In this document: positions 1-8,720 of the stretch, one piece after another
How the letters are laid out: each line of letters starts with the position of its first letter
How positions within the stretch are numbered: the first letter of the stretch is position 1
Assembly (NCBI GenBank): GCA_040005235.1
Contig: JBDTZG010000035.1
Span: 1 to 55,311, forward strand
Source: Acidobacteriota bacterium
GTDB lineage: Bacteria > Acidobacteriota > Thermoanaerobaculia > Multivoradales > UBA5704
Direction: 5' to 3'
Length of the DNA stretch: 55,311 nucleotides
Notes under the pieces: model-generated
The model's input: the letters and a program-made list of their open reading frames with translations, nothing else
Database searches by the model: none
Told to the model about the DNA's origin: nothing
Made by a program: the position numbers and the translations under genes

Positions 1-74
1 GGCCGACTTGGCAAATCCTCGAAACTTGGAGCCGCTTGTGGGCTCCCTCCCCGCATGAGACCGCTCCGGCGTGC

Positions 75-90
75 TGGCACGCTCCCTGCT
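75..90 (+). promoter_or_regulatory. sigma54 (-24/-12) promoter upstream of the DP-EP-like gene
   Basis: TGGCACGCTCCCTGCT has exact GG-N10-GC spacing and one mismatch to TGGCAC-N5-TTGCW; it lies about 90 bp upstream of ATG 181, and a GAFTGA activator is encoded nearby. Confidence 0.7.
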
Positions 91-180
91 CTAAGACCTT
101 TTCGTCCCGTTGTTCAACCGCAGCCTCGGCGCCCCGCGCGTCCGAGCGCCTCATTTACCGCGAGCAGGAGGAAACTTGCC

Positions 181-639
181 ATGCCCGAAATCCAGACCAA
201 AAGGATCACGCTCCTTTGGACCATGGAGGGCAAAGCCCCGGAGTGGATCTTTTCCGGCGACCTCGATTCGGATCCCGCGCCCGTTCCCTTGGATCGCCAC
301 CGGCTGACGATCGATTCGGCCTCGGCGGTGATCGAGGTCAATCTCCATCCGGACAGCACCCAAGGCGCGGACTTCGATCTGCGGCCCGTCGCTTGGCGCG
401 GTGCGCGCCCGTCGTGCATGGGGGTCGGCAGATGCCGGAGCGGTCGGCGTCTCCTCATCACCGACGTGAACGAGAAGAACGCCGAGCACGGCTTCCGGGT
501 TCGCATCGCCTACGAAGGACGGACCTACCTCTCGCCCGATCCGACGATCCTCAACACCGAACCGACCTATCTGGGGCATCAACCGGCGCAGCCGGAGGCG
601 GAGCGGCGCTTCAAGGAGGGGGCGCTCCAGGTCGTTTGA
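181..639 (+). CDS. small hypothetical protein (152 aa), DP-EP family-like
   Basis: AGGAG RBS before ATG 181; beta-rich sequence ending YEGRTYLSPDPTILNTEPT (DP...EP motif); 3' end overlaps the convergent kinase gene by 29 bp. Confidence 0.6.
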   Translation: MPEIQTKRITLLWTMEGKAPEWIFSGDLDSDPAPVPLDRHRLTIDSASAVIEVNLHPDSTQGADFDLRPVAWRGARPSCMGVGRCRSGRRLLITDVNEKNAEHGFRVRIAYEGRTYLSPDPTILNTEPTYLGHQPAQPEAERRFKEGALQVV

Positions 640-3187
640 GGCGCTCTTGCAGCTCGGGGTCCTCGCGCAGGGGAGCGAGCCAGGGGAGGTCGAACCAGCG
701 CGGCTCGACTCCACGCGCGAGGGCCCGTTCGGCGTTGAGCAGGGCGGAGGTGCGATCGCCGACCAGGGTATAGACCAGCGCCACTTCGTACGCCGCCTGG
801 GCGTTGTCGGGCGCGAGCGCCAGAACCTGCTGGGCGGCTGCCACCGCGTCGCGGTGGCGCTTGAGGTGGGCCAAAGCCTGCGCCCGTGCGCTCAAATGCT
901 GCCAGCTGCCTTCGGTCGCGGGGTCTCGGCCGATCCGGTCGAGCACCCCGCGATAGGCGGCCTCCGCCGCGAGGCGGTCGCCGGAAAGTGCGAGGGCATC
1001 GGCTAGGTTCAAGGCGACGAAAGCGTTGCCGGGCTCGAGCTGGAGCGCCTGGCGGAACCGCGCCACGGCTTGGGCGTAGCGGCCGAGCAGCAGATGGGCG
1101 AGCCCCAGGTTCGCGAGCTCTGGCGCCTGGGGTGAGCGGCGCACGAGTTTTTCGTAGAGCGTCGCCGCGCGCACCGGGCTGCCCGACAGGAGCTCGATCT
1201 GGGCGAGCAGCGAGATGCCGGTCCACGAATCCGGATCGCGCGCGAGCAGCTCTCCCAGGTGCCGGCGCGCCGCGGCGGTCTCGCCATAGCGGTACTCCAT
1301 GTCGGCGAGGCGCGAAAGGTGCTGCGAGGACGGTCGCCGCGCCGCCGCCTCGCGCATCCGGGACAGCGCGCCGGCACGGTCGCCGCGGCGTTCGAGCAGC
1401 CGAGCGGAAAGCATTTCGACGCCGGGATCGCCGGGCTCCAGGCGTTCCAGGTCGGCGAGCGCTTCGGCCGCGCGGTCGAGCCGCTCGCCGCGCAGCGCGA
1501 CCTCGAAAAGCGCCACCTGCGGCCGGGGATCGGCCGGGGCGAGCGCGAGGGCGGCTTCGAGCACCTGCTCGGCGCGTTCCAAATCCACCGGATCGCGGCG
1601 CGCGGAGTAGCGGTAGCGCCGGGCGTCCGCTTCCAAAATCGCCGCCTCGACAAAGCGCGGCGAGCCGCGCCGGATCGCCGCGACCCCGGCGAGCAGCGCG
1701 TCGATCGATAGATCCGCGCGGCGCGAATCGAGCTCGCGGCGCAGTTGGACGTAGCGCGCGTAATCCGCCGGCCGCACTTCGAGGTCGAAAAGGCCCGGAC
1801 GGCGACGGAGCTCGGGATAACCATTCTTCAGCTGCCCTTCGATCGCCTCGGCGATCAGCAGCGGCTGATGGAGAGGCACCTCGAACCCGGCGGTCCAGAG
1901 CAGGACTCCGTCGCTGCCGCGCACGCGCCGCAGCTCGATCCGGCACCCCGGGCCGGCGCAGGCGACGCCCGAGACGATCACCTCGTCCGCCGCCGTGGCA
2001 CGCGCCAACTCGCGCGGCGTGCCGGCCACCGGATCGACCTGCTCGGGGGCAAGGGGCGACACCCGTTCGAGGCCGGTGAGCGCGCGGAGGAGCGCGAGGC
2101 GCACGGCTGCGGCGGTTTCCGCCTCGTCGTCCGACGGGTTGCCGTCGATCGAGGGCGCCGCCACCGCGACCAGCAGGAGAGGGCCAGGCCAGTGCGCGAG
2201 CCACCAAAGGCCGAAAAAAAGCGCCACCGCGAGGCTCGCCGCCACCCAAACCGCGGATCGGGGGAAAACGCGGCGCGGCGCCAGGTTGGAGCGATCGGGG
2301 AGGATGGGGTCGGACACGACGGTCGGTTCTTCGTGCGATCCACGAGGTGCGTTGCCAAACGCAGCATCGCCGCCCGAGCCCTCGGCGGCTTCCAGGGCCA
2401 GCGAGCGCGCCACCTCCAGGGCGCTCTCGGGCCTTCGTGCCGGATCTTTTTCGAGCAACCGATCGACCAGCCGCGAGACCGACTCCGGGGTCTCGGGACG
2501 AACTTCGCGGAGCGGCGCTTGGCGCTCGGTGCAGATCCGCGCCAGCACCTCAGGCGCGTCGGGACCGGCAAAGGGCGGGCGCCCCGCGATCATCTCGTAG
2601 AGCAGGGAACCGAGCGAGAACAGGTCCGAGGCCGGTGCTAGAGGCAGCCCGCGCGCCTGCTCGGGCGACATCGAACGGAAGGTGCCCAGAATCGCGCCGG
2701 TTCGGGTGAGAGTGGGGTCGCCCTCCAGCTGGGCCAAGCCGAAATCGAGGATCTTCGCGTGGTCGAGCGCGGTGATCATCACGTTGTCCGGTTTCAAGTC
2801 GCGGTGGAGGACTCCCCGCGCGTGGGCCGCGGCGAGCCCTTCGGCGATCTCGCGCCCCAAGCGCAAGGCTTCCCGGCAAGACAGGGGTTCACCGGCCAGC
2901 CGGTGACGGAGCGATTGTCCATCGACCAGCTCCATGACGATCGCCGAGCCCCGCTCGGATTCCACGATGTCGTGGATCTGCACGATCGACGGGTGGCTTA
3001 ACCCCGCGGCCGCCCGCGCCTCGCGCCGAAAGCGTTCGCGGCTGGTGGTACCCGCGAGATCCGGGCGGACCAGTTTGATCGCCACCCGCCGGTCGAGGCG
3101 CTCGTCGTAGGCGGAAAACACCTCGCCCATGCCACCCGCGCCGAGGCGGCCTTCCAGGCGATAGGGACCGATCCGGTCGTCGGCCAT
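611..3187 (-). CDS. membrane Ser/Thr protein kinase with C-terminal TPR repeats
   Basis: LGAGGMGEV, VAIK, HRDLKPDN, DFG and MSPEQ motifs; TM helix VWVAASLAVALFFGLWWLA; TPR-like helical repeats. Confidence 0.93.
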   Translation of the reverse strand: MADDRIGPYRLEGRLGAGGMGEVFSAYDERLDRRVAIKLVRPDLAGTTSRERFRREARAAAGLSHPSIVQIHDIVESERGSAIVMELVDGQSLRHRLAGEPLSCREALRLGREIAEGLAAAHARGVLHRDLKPDNVMITALDHAKILDFGLAQLEGDPTLTRTGAILGTFRSMSPEQARGLPLAPASDLFSLGSLLYEMIAGRPPFAGPDAPEVLARICTERQAPLREVRPETPESVSRLVDRLLEKDPARRPESALEVARSLALEAAEGSGGDAAFGNAPRGSHEEPTVVSDPILPDRSNLAPRRVFPRSAVWVAASLAVALFFGLWWLAHWPGPLLLVAVAAPSIDGNPSDDEAETAAAVRLALLRALTGLERVSPLAPEQVDPVAGTPRELARATAADEVIVSGVACAGPGCRIELRRVRGSDGVLLWTAGFEVPLHQPLLIAEAIEGQLKNGYPELRRRPGLFDLEVRPADYARYVQLRRELDSRRADLSIDALLAGVAAIRRGSPRFVEAAILEADARRYRYSARRDPVDLERAEQVLEAALALAPADPRPQVALFEVALRGERLDRAAEALADLERLEPGDPGVEMLSARLLERRGDRAGALSRMREAAARRPSSQHLSRLADMEYRYGETAAARRHLGELLARDPDSWTGISLLAQIELLSGSPVRAATLYEKLVRRSPQAPELANLGLAHLLLGRYAQAVARFRQALQLEPGNAFVALNLADALALSGDRLAAEAAYRGVLDRIGRDPATEGSWQHLSARAQALAHLKRHRDAVAAAQQVLALAPDNAQAAYEVALVYTLVGDRTSALLNAERALARGVEPRWFDLPWLAPLREDPELQERLKRPGAPPP

Positions 3188-3190
3188 CCG

Positions 3191-4795
3191 TCAGGCCAAG
3201 CCGAGCTGGCGCAACCGCCGCACCAGGCCGCGCTTGGAAACTTCCAAGGCCTCGGACATCGCGTCGAGGTCGCCCGCGGCGCGCGCCAGTGCTTCGCGCA
3301 GCTCATCCGCGCCGAGGTCCGAAGAGCGCCGCAGGCTCGGGCTCTTGGCGATCCGTTCGTAGAGCGAGGTCCGGGCGATGCCGAGCGCGTCGGCCGCCTC
3401 GCGAATTCGCCAGCGGTTCGCGCGGAGCGCTTCGGCCAGCTCGTCCTCGCCCACGTCCTCCGGCCGCCGCCGCGTTTCGGACGGGGCGTCCTGGCGCCGC
3501 TCCGGCGCCGTTCGGTCCGAAGGCGCGCGCTCCGGCCCGCTGGCCCGCGCGGGTTCGAGCATCTGGGCCACCTGCCGCGCCATCGCGGGCTCGCCCCCGT
3601 CAAGCCCCGCGAGCACGATTCGGCGCACCGCATTCTTCAGCTCGCGCACGTTGCCCGGCCAGTCGTGGGCGGCGAGTGCGGCCACCAGCCGGGCGGGAAG
3701 CGCGGGAGCCTCATCGAGCACCGCGCCGGCCGCCTGGACCTCCGCCCGGACGAAGGAGCCGAAGAGCCGGCCGAAATCGTCGCGCCGGGCGCGCAGCGGC
3801 GGCAGGCGGATCTCGTATCCCGCGAGGCGATGGAGAAGCGGCGCCCTGAATCTTCCCGCCGCGATCGCCGCGGGAAGATCGGCGTCGGTCGCGGCGATCA
3901 GCCGGACGTCCACGCGGAACGGCGCGTCGCCTCCCACGGGGTGGACCTCGCCGGTTTCGAGCGCGCGCAACAGGAGTGCCTGCACCTCGGCCGGCATTTC
4001 GCCCACCTCGTCGAGCAGAAGGGTACCGCCGTCCGCCCGGCGCAGGTGGCCGCTACGCGCGCGGTCGGCTCCCGTGAATGCGCCGCGCGCCACGCCGAAC
4101 AGCTCGGCCGCCGCGAGCGTCGGGGGCAAAGCCGCCATGTTGACCCCCACGAACGGCCCGCGGCCGCGTCTTCCGGAAGCGTGGATCGCGCGCGCGACGA
4201 GTTCCTTGCCGGTGCCGGTTTCGCCGCTCAGGAGAACCGGAAGATCCGTCGCCGCGACCCGCCGGATCTCGCGCCGAAGCCCGGTCATCGGCGCGCTCTC
4301 CCCCACCAGGCCGTAGTCAAAGGGACCGTTCGAATCGGCCGCGCCCGGATCGACCGGGCTCAAGCAGAGGACGACACAGTTGCCGAGCAGCAGGATCGCG
4401 CCGCGCGCGATCTCCTGCTCCGACAGCGCACACGATTCGCCGAGCGGCGCGCCGTTGACCTCGACGCTCATCGGGCTGCCGGTGCGGACTAGAAGAATCC
4501 CGCCCGCCTTGCCCGGCCGAATCTCGATCGGACGGCGGCTCAGGTGAGAATCGGCGAGTGGACGCTCGCCGCCACGGCCGGGCGCCGCGAACGCGGGCTC
4601 AGAGCGTCCGAGCCGTTCCGTGCGCCCGGCAGCCCAACCGGTCAGAGCCGCACGATCTCCCGCGCGGTCTCGCTCTGGATGGTGCAAGATCGTCAGGCCG
4701 GGGACCCGCAACGCGTCGGCGAGCAGGAGGCTATCGGTTTCTACTCGCGTCTCTGAATCGAGCTTTTCCCGAAGCACCCGCGATGATTTGGGCAC
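3191..4795 (-). CDS. sigma54-dependent enhancer-binding protein (FHA-like N-terminus, AAA+ domain, Fis-type HTH)
   Basis: GETGTGKE Walker A, GAFTGA, LLLDEVG, WPGNVREL; N-terminal GR..SHLSR..VNG FHA-like region; two C-terminal HTH-like segments. Confidence 0.93.
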   Translation of the reverse strand: MPKSSRVLREKLDSETRVETDSLLLADALRVPGLTILHHPERDRAGDRAALTGWAAGRTERLGRSEPAFAAPGRGGERPLADSHLSRRPIEIRPGKAGGILLVRTGSPMSVEVNGAPLGESCALSEQEIARGAILLLGNCVVLCLSPVDPGAADSNGPFDYGLVGESAPMTGLRREIRRVAATDLPVLLSGETGTGKELVARAIHASGRRGRGPFVGVNMAALPPTLAAAELFGVARGAFTGADRARSGHLRRADGGTLLLDEVGEMPAEVQALLLRALETGEVHPVGGDAPFRVDVRLIAATDADLPAAIAAGRFRAPLLHRLAGYEIRLPPLRARRDDFGRLFGSFVRAEVQAAGAVLDEAPALPARLVAALAAHDWPGNVRELKNAVRRIVLAGLDGGEPAMARQVAQMLEPARASGPERAPSDRTAPERRQDAPSETRRRPEDVGEDELAEALRANRWRIREAADALGIARTSLYERIAKSPSLRRSSDLGADELREALARAAGDLDAMSEALEVSKRGLVRRLRQLGLA

Positions 4796-4928
4796 TCTCG
4801 AAGTCTAACTCAGGCACCGCTCGGGTGCTGCCTTGTCGCACTACTCGTGGTGCAGTGCAATCTCCAGTTCGATCGGCGCTCCCTCCGAGTTGCCGGCATA
4901 GGTCGCGTCGGGGGCTCGAGAACATGAT

Positions 4929-4959
4929 TGGTGCCGACTGGTGCAGCATGGTGTATGGT
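4929..4959 (+). promoter_or_regulatory. three TGGTG direct repeats with 10-bp period overlapping a leaderless promoter (-10 TATGGT)
   Basis: TGGTG at 4929, 4939 and 4949; TATGGT at 4954-4959, 6 nt before ATG 4966. Confidence 0.55.
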
Positions 4960-4965
4960 CTTTGT

Positions 4966-5223
4966 ATGCCAACCGTCCAGAGTGTCGTCCGCCAGAGCGT
5001 CAGCCTCCCCTCCGCGGTCGCCCGGCGCGTCAAGTCGCTCGCGAAGTCGAATCGGACCAGCGCCAGCCGGATTCTGGTCGAGTTGATCGAGTCGGGTCTC
5101 GAGGCGAAGGAGCAGCAGAAGAAACACTTCCTCGACCTCGCGGACCAACTCATAGAGGCCCGCGATCCGGAGGTGCAGGGCAGGCTCAAGGAGGAACTGG
5201 CCCGCTTGACCTTCGGTGAGTGA
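4966..5223 (+). CDS. ribbon-helix-helix (CopG-like) DNA-binding protein, putative antitoxin
   Basis: VRQSVSLPSAVARRVKSLAKSNRTSASRILVELIESGL fits the RHH beta-alpha-alpha pattern; 85 aa; TGATG coupling to the next gene. Confidence 0.75.
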   Translation: MPTVQSVVRQSVSLPSAVARRVKSLAKSNRTSASRILVELIESGLEAKEQQKKHFLDLADQLIEARDPEVQGRLKEELARLTFGE

Positions 5224-5468
5224 TGCCCAAGATCCAGTGGACCGGTCTCCCTCTCGCTCTACGAGATCATCTGTTCGAGAGGCTTCGTGAGCGAAAGATC
5301 ACAGCGGAAGACCTTTATCGATTGAAGCAGTGGCGGGAGTCCGAGCCTGACGCCCCGGAAGGTCTCTGGTACAAGGACTTCACCTCATTCAAAGTCTGCG
5401 GCGAAGGCCAGTATCCGAAGACCTTTCTGCTCGGCGGACAACCGGCGAAAGGCAAAAAGTTGGCCTGA
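5223..5468 (+). CDS. small hypothetical protein (81 aa), putative partner or toxin of the RHH protein
   Basis: translationally coupled by TGATG overlap; protein-like composition (WYKDF, KVCGEG.YPKTFL). Confidence 0.7.
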   Translation: MPKIQWTGLPLALRDHLFERLRERKITAEDLYRLKQWRESEPDAPEGLWYKDFTSFKVCGEGQYPKTFLLGGQPAKGKKLA

Positions 5469-5538
5469 TTCGCGGGTCGCGAAGGGTCGTTCGCGATCTC
5501 CTGAATTTGAGCGCCGGAGGCCCTGAAGGTCGACCGGT

Positions 5539-6060
5539 CTATCTTGACCGCAAATTGGCGACGATTCGTTCCTGGGCCGCTTCCCAGTCGGCCGGGGAGG
5601 CGAAGAAGCGCGGCAGGAGAAACACCGCCTGGTTCATTCCGACGTAAACGAGAGCGATCTCGCCGCGAATCCGGTAGCCATAGAGCGCAGCCCAAGGGAT
5701 GTTTCCCTGGGCGAACGGGCCCTGCCACGCCAGTCCGGTGGCCGAGAGGCTGCCGGAAAAGGGCGCTCGGAGGGCCGCGTTGCTCCGCCAGGCCTTTCCC
5801 GAGGCGCGGCGCGGGACGACGAAAAGGAAGATCGGGAAGATCAGCAGGAACAGCGTCCCCGGGAGCATTTTTAGGGGATGGGAGACGAAATCCTGATAGT
5901 TGGCGTTGAGCAAGACCAGGACGAACGCCGCCAGGTAAATCCAAGGCCAGATCCGAAAGATCTGCGGCAGCAAGGCGAGTTGAATCTTCCGGTGCTCCGC
6001 CTCAGTGAGCTGGCCGGAAAAGGGGATCTCGACGTCGTCGGCTTCGGTAGGGAGGTTCAT
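5539..6060 (-). CDS. YcxB-like membrane protein
   Basis: two TM helices followed by a YcxB-type C-terminus (..IPW....LLPRFF). Confidence 0.65.
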   Translation of the reverse strand: MNLPTEADDVEIPFSGQLTEAEHRKIQLALLPQIFRIWPWIYLAAFVLVLLNANYQDFVSHPLKMLPGTLFLLIFPIFLFVVPRRASGKAWRSNAALRAPFSGSLSATGLAWQGPFAQGNIPWAALYGYRIRGEIALVYVGMNQAVFLLPRFFASPADWEAAQERIVANLRSR

Positions 6061-6080
6061 TTACGTGCGGGCAAGCCGAT

Positions 6081-6218
6081 GCGCCAATTAGACGACCTTT
6101 CGCTCGCGCCGTTCTTGGTAACGAAGCACGGCGGCATCGAGCTTGGGCCGAGGCCGATCGTTGTCCAGAGCCGCAAGGAAAGCCTCCCCGTCGCGAAGGG
6201 TCAATGTCAGGTTCTCAT
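6081..6218 (-). pseudogene. remnant of a DUF1778 antitoxin 3' end plus GNAT toxin start
   Basis: ungapped match of about 109/138 nt (hand count) to 8703-8840; encodes ENLTLTLRDGEAFLAALDNDRPRPKLDAAVLRYQERRER; toxin ATG is replaced by AGG. Confidence 0.8.
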
Positions 6219-6390
6219 TCACTCCGTACAGGACTCCTCTCGCTGAACCAAGGATAACATGCACCACCTTTTCGCTCCTCGGCCTGCTCCGGGCGACCCG
6301 ATTCGGCGACCGGGTGTGGAGCTCGAAGTCGTAGAGACTTCGGCCCGCACAAGCGACCTGTAGAATCAGCGCGAGGAGAGGGAGGACTCC

Positions 6391-6615
6391 ATGAGCCGAG
6401 CGCGGGTTGCGGTGGTATCCGGCGGCAATCGAGGAATCGGCTTCGAGATCTGCCGCCAGCTCGAAGTTGGGGCTGCGCGTGGTGCTCACCGCCCGCGATC
6501 CGGGTGTCGCCAAAGAGCGCGCCGAATCGCTCGCCTCGGCAGGAGAGGTGCTCCCCTTTCCGCTCGAAGTTACCATCGCGTCGCGGTGGAGCGGGCGCTC
6601 GCCCGCTTGCAGGCG
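6391..6615 (+). pseudogene. short-chain dehydrogenase (SDR) fragment with two frameshifts
   Basis: strong RBS; VAVVSGGNRGIGFEICRQL, then in another frame KLGLRVVLTARD...PLEVT, then back to VERALARL; no NNAG or YxxxK follows. Confidence 0.75.
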
Positions 6616-6716
6616 AGCAATATCGAGACGACCTGGTTCGATGCCTCGAGGAAGAGGCGAAGCTTTTCTGCGGCGCCGCTCTGGAAGGCGTCCTGGCCCC
6701 AGGAGGAAGAGAGCCG

Positions 6717-8126
6717 ATGAGACGATGGTGTATCGCAACGGTTTTTGCAGTGACCGCGTGGATCGCCCTAGCCGGACCCGCCGTCGCGAAAGTTTCCGAC
6801 GCCAAGCTTCACGCCGATCTCGAAGCGTTGCTCGGCTCGGACGCGCGGGCCTTCAGCGCCGCCTGCAAAAGAGCCCAAAGCTCGCGCGATCCGCGCTATG
6901 CGGCCCCCCTGATCGAGCTGCTGCGCTTTCCGCTGGGTCCAGCGAAGGCCGCGGTGGTCGCGGCCCTCGGGGCGATCGCCGGACCCGCGGCTAGGATTGG
7001 CCAGGGCGAGCCCTGGCACGACGGTTTCACCTGGCTGGGTGCGCAAAAAGACCTGTTGCTGCCGCCGGGCTTCACCGATTGGAAAGGCCGGCTGCTCGCG
7101 GCGCGGGTCGATCCGGCGCTGCAGCGTTTCTTCGATCCCAAAGCCGTGAGCCGTATTCCGATCGAACGGATTCAGTGGGGTGGGGTAAAGAAAGACGGGA
7201 TTCCCGCGCTCGACCGGCCGGCGCTGATCGCGGCGGCCGAGGCGACGTATTTGACGCCGGAAGACCGCGTTTTCGGGGTGGAGATCCAGGGCGACGCGCG
7301 CGCCTATCCGCTGCGCATCCTCGACTGGCATGAGATGGCGAACGACGTCGTGGGAGAGACACCGGTTTCGCTCGCCTACTGCACCCTCTGCGGAGCGGGC
7401 GTGTTGTACGGGACGAAGGCGGGCGATCGGACGTTCACGTTCGGCTCGTCCGGATTGCTCTACGAGAGCAACAAGCTGATGTACGACCGCCAGACCGAAA
7501 CGCTTTGGAACCAGCTGACCGGAGAACCGGTGACCGGGCCGCTCGCCGGCTCCGGGCTGCGGCTCGAACGGCTGCCGATCGTGGTGACCACCTGGGCGAA
7601 ATGGAAAAAGGACCACCCGGCGACCCGGGTGCTCTCGCCGCGCACCGGGTTCGATCGCGACTACACCCCGGGAAAGCCGTACGGGCCCTATTTCGCCAGC
7701 CCGGACCTGATGTTTCCCTCCCTCGGCGCAAGCCCGCGAATGGCGCCGAAGACTCAAGTTTTCGCCCTGCTGCTCGGCGGCGCGGCCAAAGCCTATCCGC
7801 TCGCCGATCTGCCGAAGCCGGGCGTGATCTCGGATCAGATCGGCGGTGCCGGAGGGGTTGCCGGGGTGCCCGTGGTCCTGGTGATCGACGAAACCGGCGC
7901 GGTGCGCGCCTACCAGCGGGAAGATCGAATGTTCGGGCCGGTGCTTCGCGCGGCGCTCGGCTCCAGCTTCCTCGCCGATCAGGAGGGCCACGCCTGGAAG
8001 CTCGGCGAAGACTCGCTCAGCGGAGCCTCAGGGCGCCGCCTCGCCCGGCTGCCGGGCCACGAGGCGTACTGGTTCGGCTGGTCGTCGTTCTATCCGACGA
8101 CGGAAGTCTGGAGCCCGAAGCCGTAG
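6717..8126 (+). CDS. exported DUF3179-domain protein
   Basis: AGGAGG RBS; signal peptide MRRWCIATVFAVTAWIALAGPAVA; DGIPALD, AYPLRILDWHEMAND, YCTLC, SGLLYESNKLMYDRQT, YWFGWSSFYP. Confidence 0.85.
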   Translation: MRRWCIATVFAVTAWIALAGPAVAKVSDAKLHADLEALLGSDARAFSAACKRAQSSRDPRYAAPLIELLRFPLGPAKAAVVAALGAIAGPAARIGQGEPWHDGFTWLGAQKDLLLPPGFTDWKGRLLAARVDPALQRFFDPKAVSRIPIERIQWGGVKKDGIPALDRPALIAAAEATYLTPEDRVFGVEIQGDARAYPLRILDWHEMANDVVGETPVSLAYCTLCGAGVLYGTKAGDRTFTFGSSGLLYESNKLMYDRQTETLWNQLTGEPVTGPLAGSGLRLERLPIVVTTWAKWKKDHPATRVLSPRTGFDRDYTPGKPYGPYFASPDLMFPSLGASPRMAPKTQVFALLLGGAAKAYPLADLPKPGVISDQIGGAGGVAGVPVVLVIDETGAVRAYQREDRMFGPVLRAALGSSFLADQEGHAWKLGEDSLSGASGRRLARLPGHEAYWFGWSSFYPTTEVWSPKP

Positions 8127-8198
8127 TTCGCGGGCTGGTCGTAGTGTGCGCGGCCGGCTCTTGCGGTCGATCTCGCTCCCAATGGCACGGGGGTGCTT

Positions 8199-8720
8199 TC
8201 AAGTTTCCGGATCAGCGAGCAGCTTGCGAAGACCGGACAGCGGAAGCCACAGGGTCAAAGGGTGATCGGGCAGGGCCTCGAATTCGTAGCGTGAGTAGAA
8301 GGCTTTCGCCTTCTCGTGCTTGGCGTCGATCACGACAGCTATGATTCCCACGCTCTCCGCAAGGCGCAAACAGCGGGATAAGGCATCAACCAGTAGATCA
8401 TCACCCAGACCCTTACCCTGTTGGCCGCGATCGGCAGCGAGCCTCGCAAGTCTCGCGATCGGCAAAGGGAAGCTGGGGAACCGCCGAGTCGCATTCGGCG
8501 GTAAACTGGCTCGATCGATCGCGCCGACGGCCAGAGAGTAGTACCCCAAGATTTGGGTTGGCACGGTCGGATCCACGGCAACGAACGTGCGGGCGACACC
8601 CGATTCCTGATTCTGCCGCGCAAATCGTGCGAGATATTCGTCCAGGGCCGGCTCGCCGCAATCGAACCGGGAGCGGTCGTGATCTCGTTGGAGCGGCTCA
8701 ACGCGCCAATCAGCCGGCAT
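8199..8720 (-). CDS. GNAT acetyltransferase toxin (TacT/AtaT-like)
   Basis: HDRSRFDCGEPALDEYL, ARLA.D...QGKGLG, IDAK....AFY; overlaps the DUF1778 antitoxin stop. Confidence 0.9.
   Translation of the reverse strand: MPADWRVEPLQRDHDRSRFDCGEPALDEYLARFARQNQESGVARTFVAVDPTVPTQILGYYSLAVGAIDRASLPPNATRRFPSFPLPIARLARLAADRGQQGKGLGDDLLVDALSRCLRLAESVGIIAVVIDAKHEKAKAFYSRYEFEALPDHPLTLWLPLSGLRKLLADPET

Noticed and set aside
579-2249. Long alternative-frame and antisense ORFs (also 10358..12640, 13902..16028, 16363..18156, 36509..39145 and many more)
   Set aside because: They are shadow ORFs of high-GC coding DNA: Arg/Gly/Pro-rich, without motifs, and overlapping well-supported genes
6717-8126. Selenoprotein recoding in the DUF3179 gene
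   Set aside because: The CxxC motif (CTLC) uses ordinary Cys codons and there is no in-frame TGA
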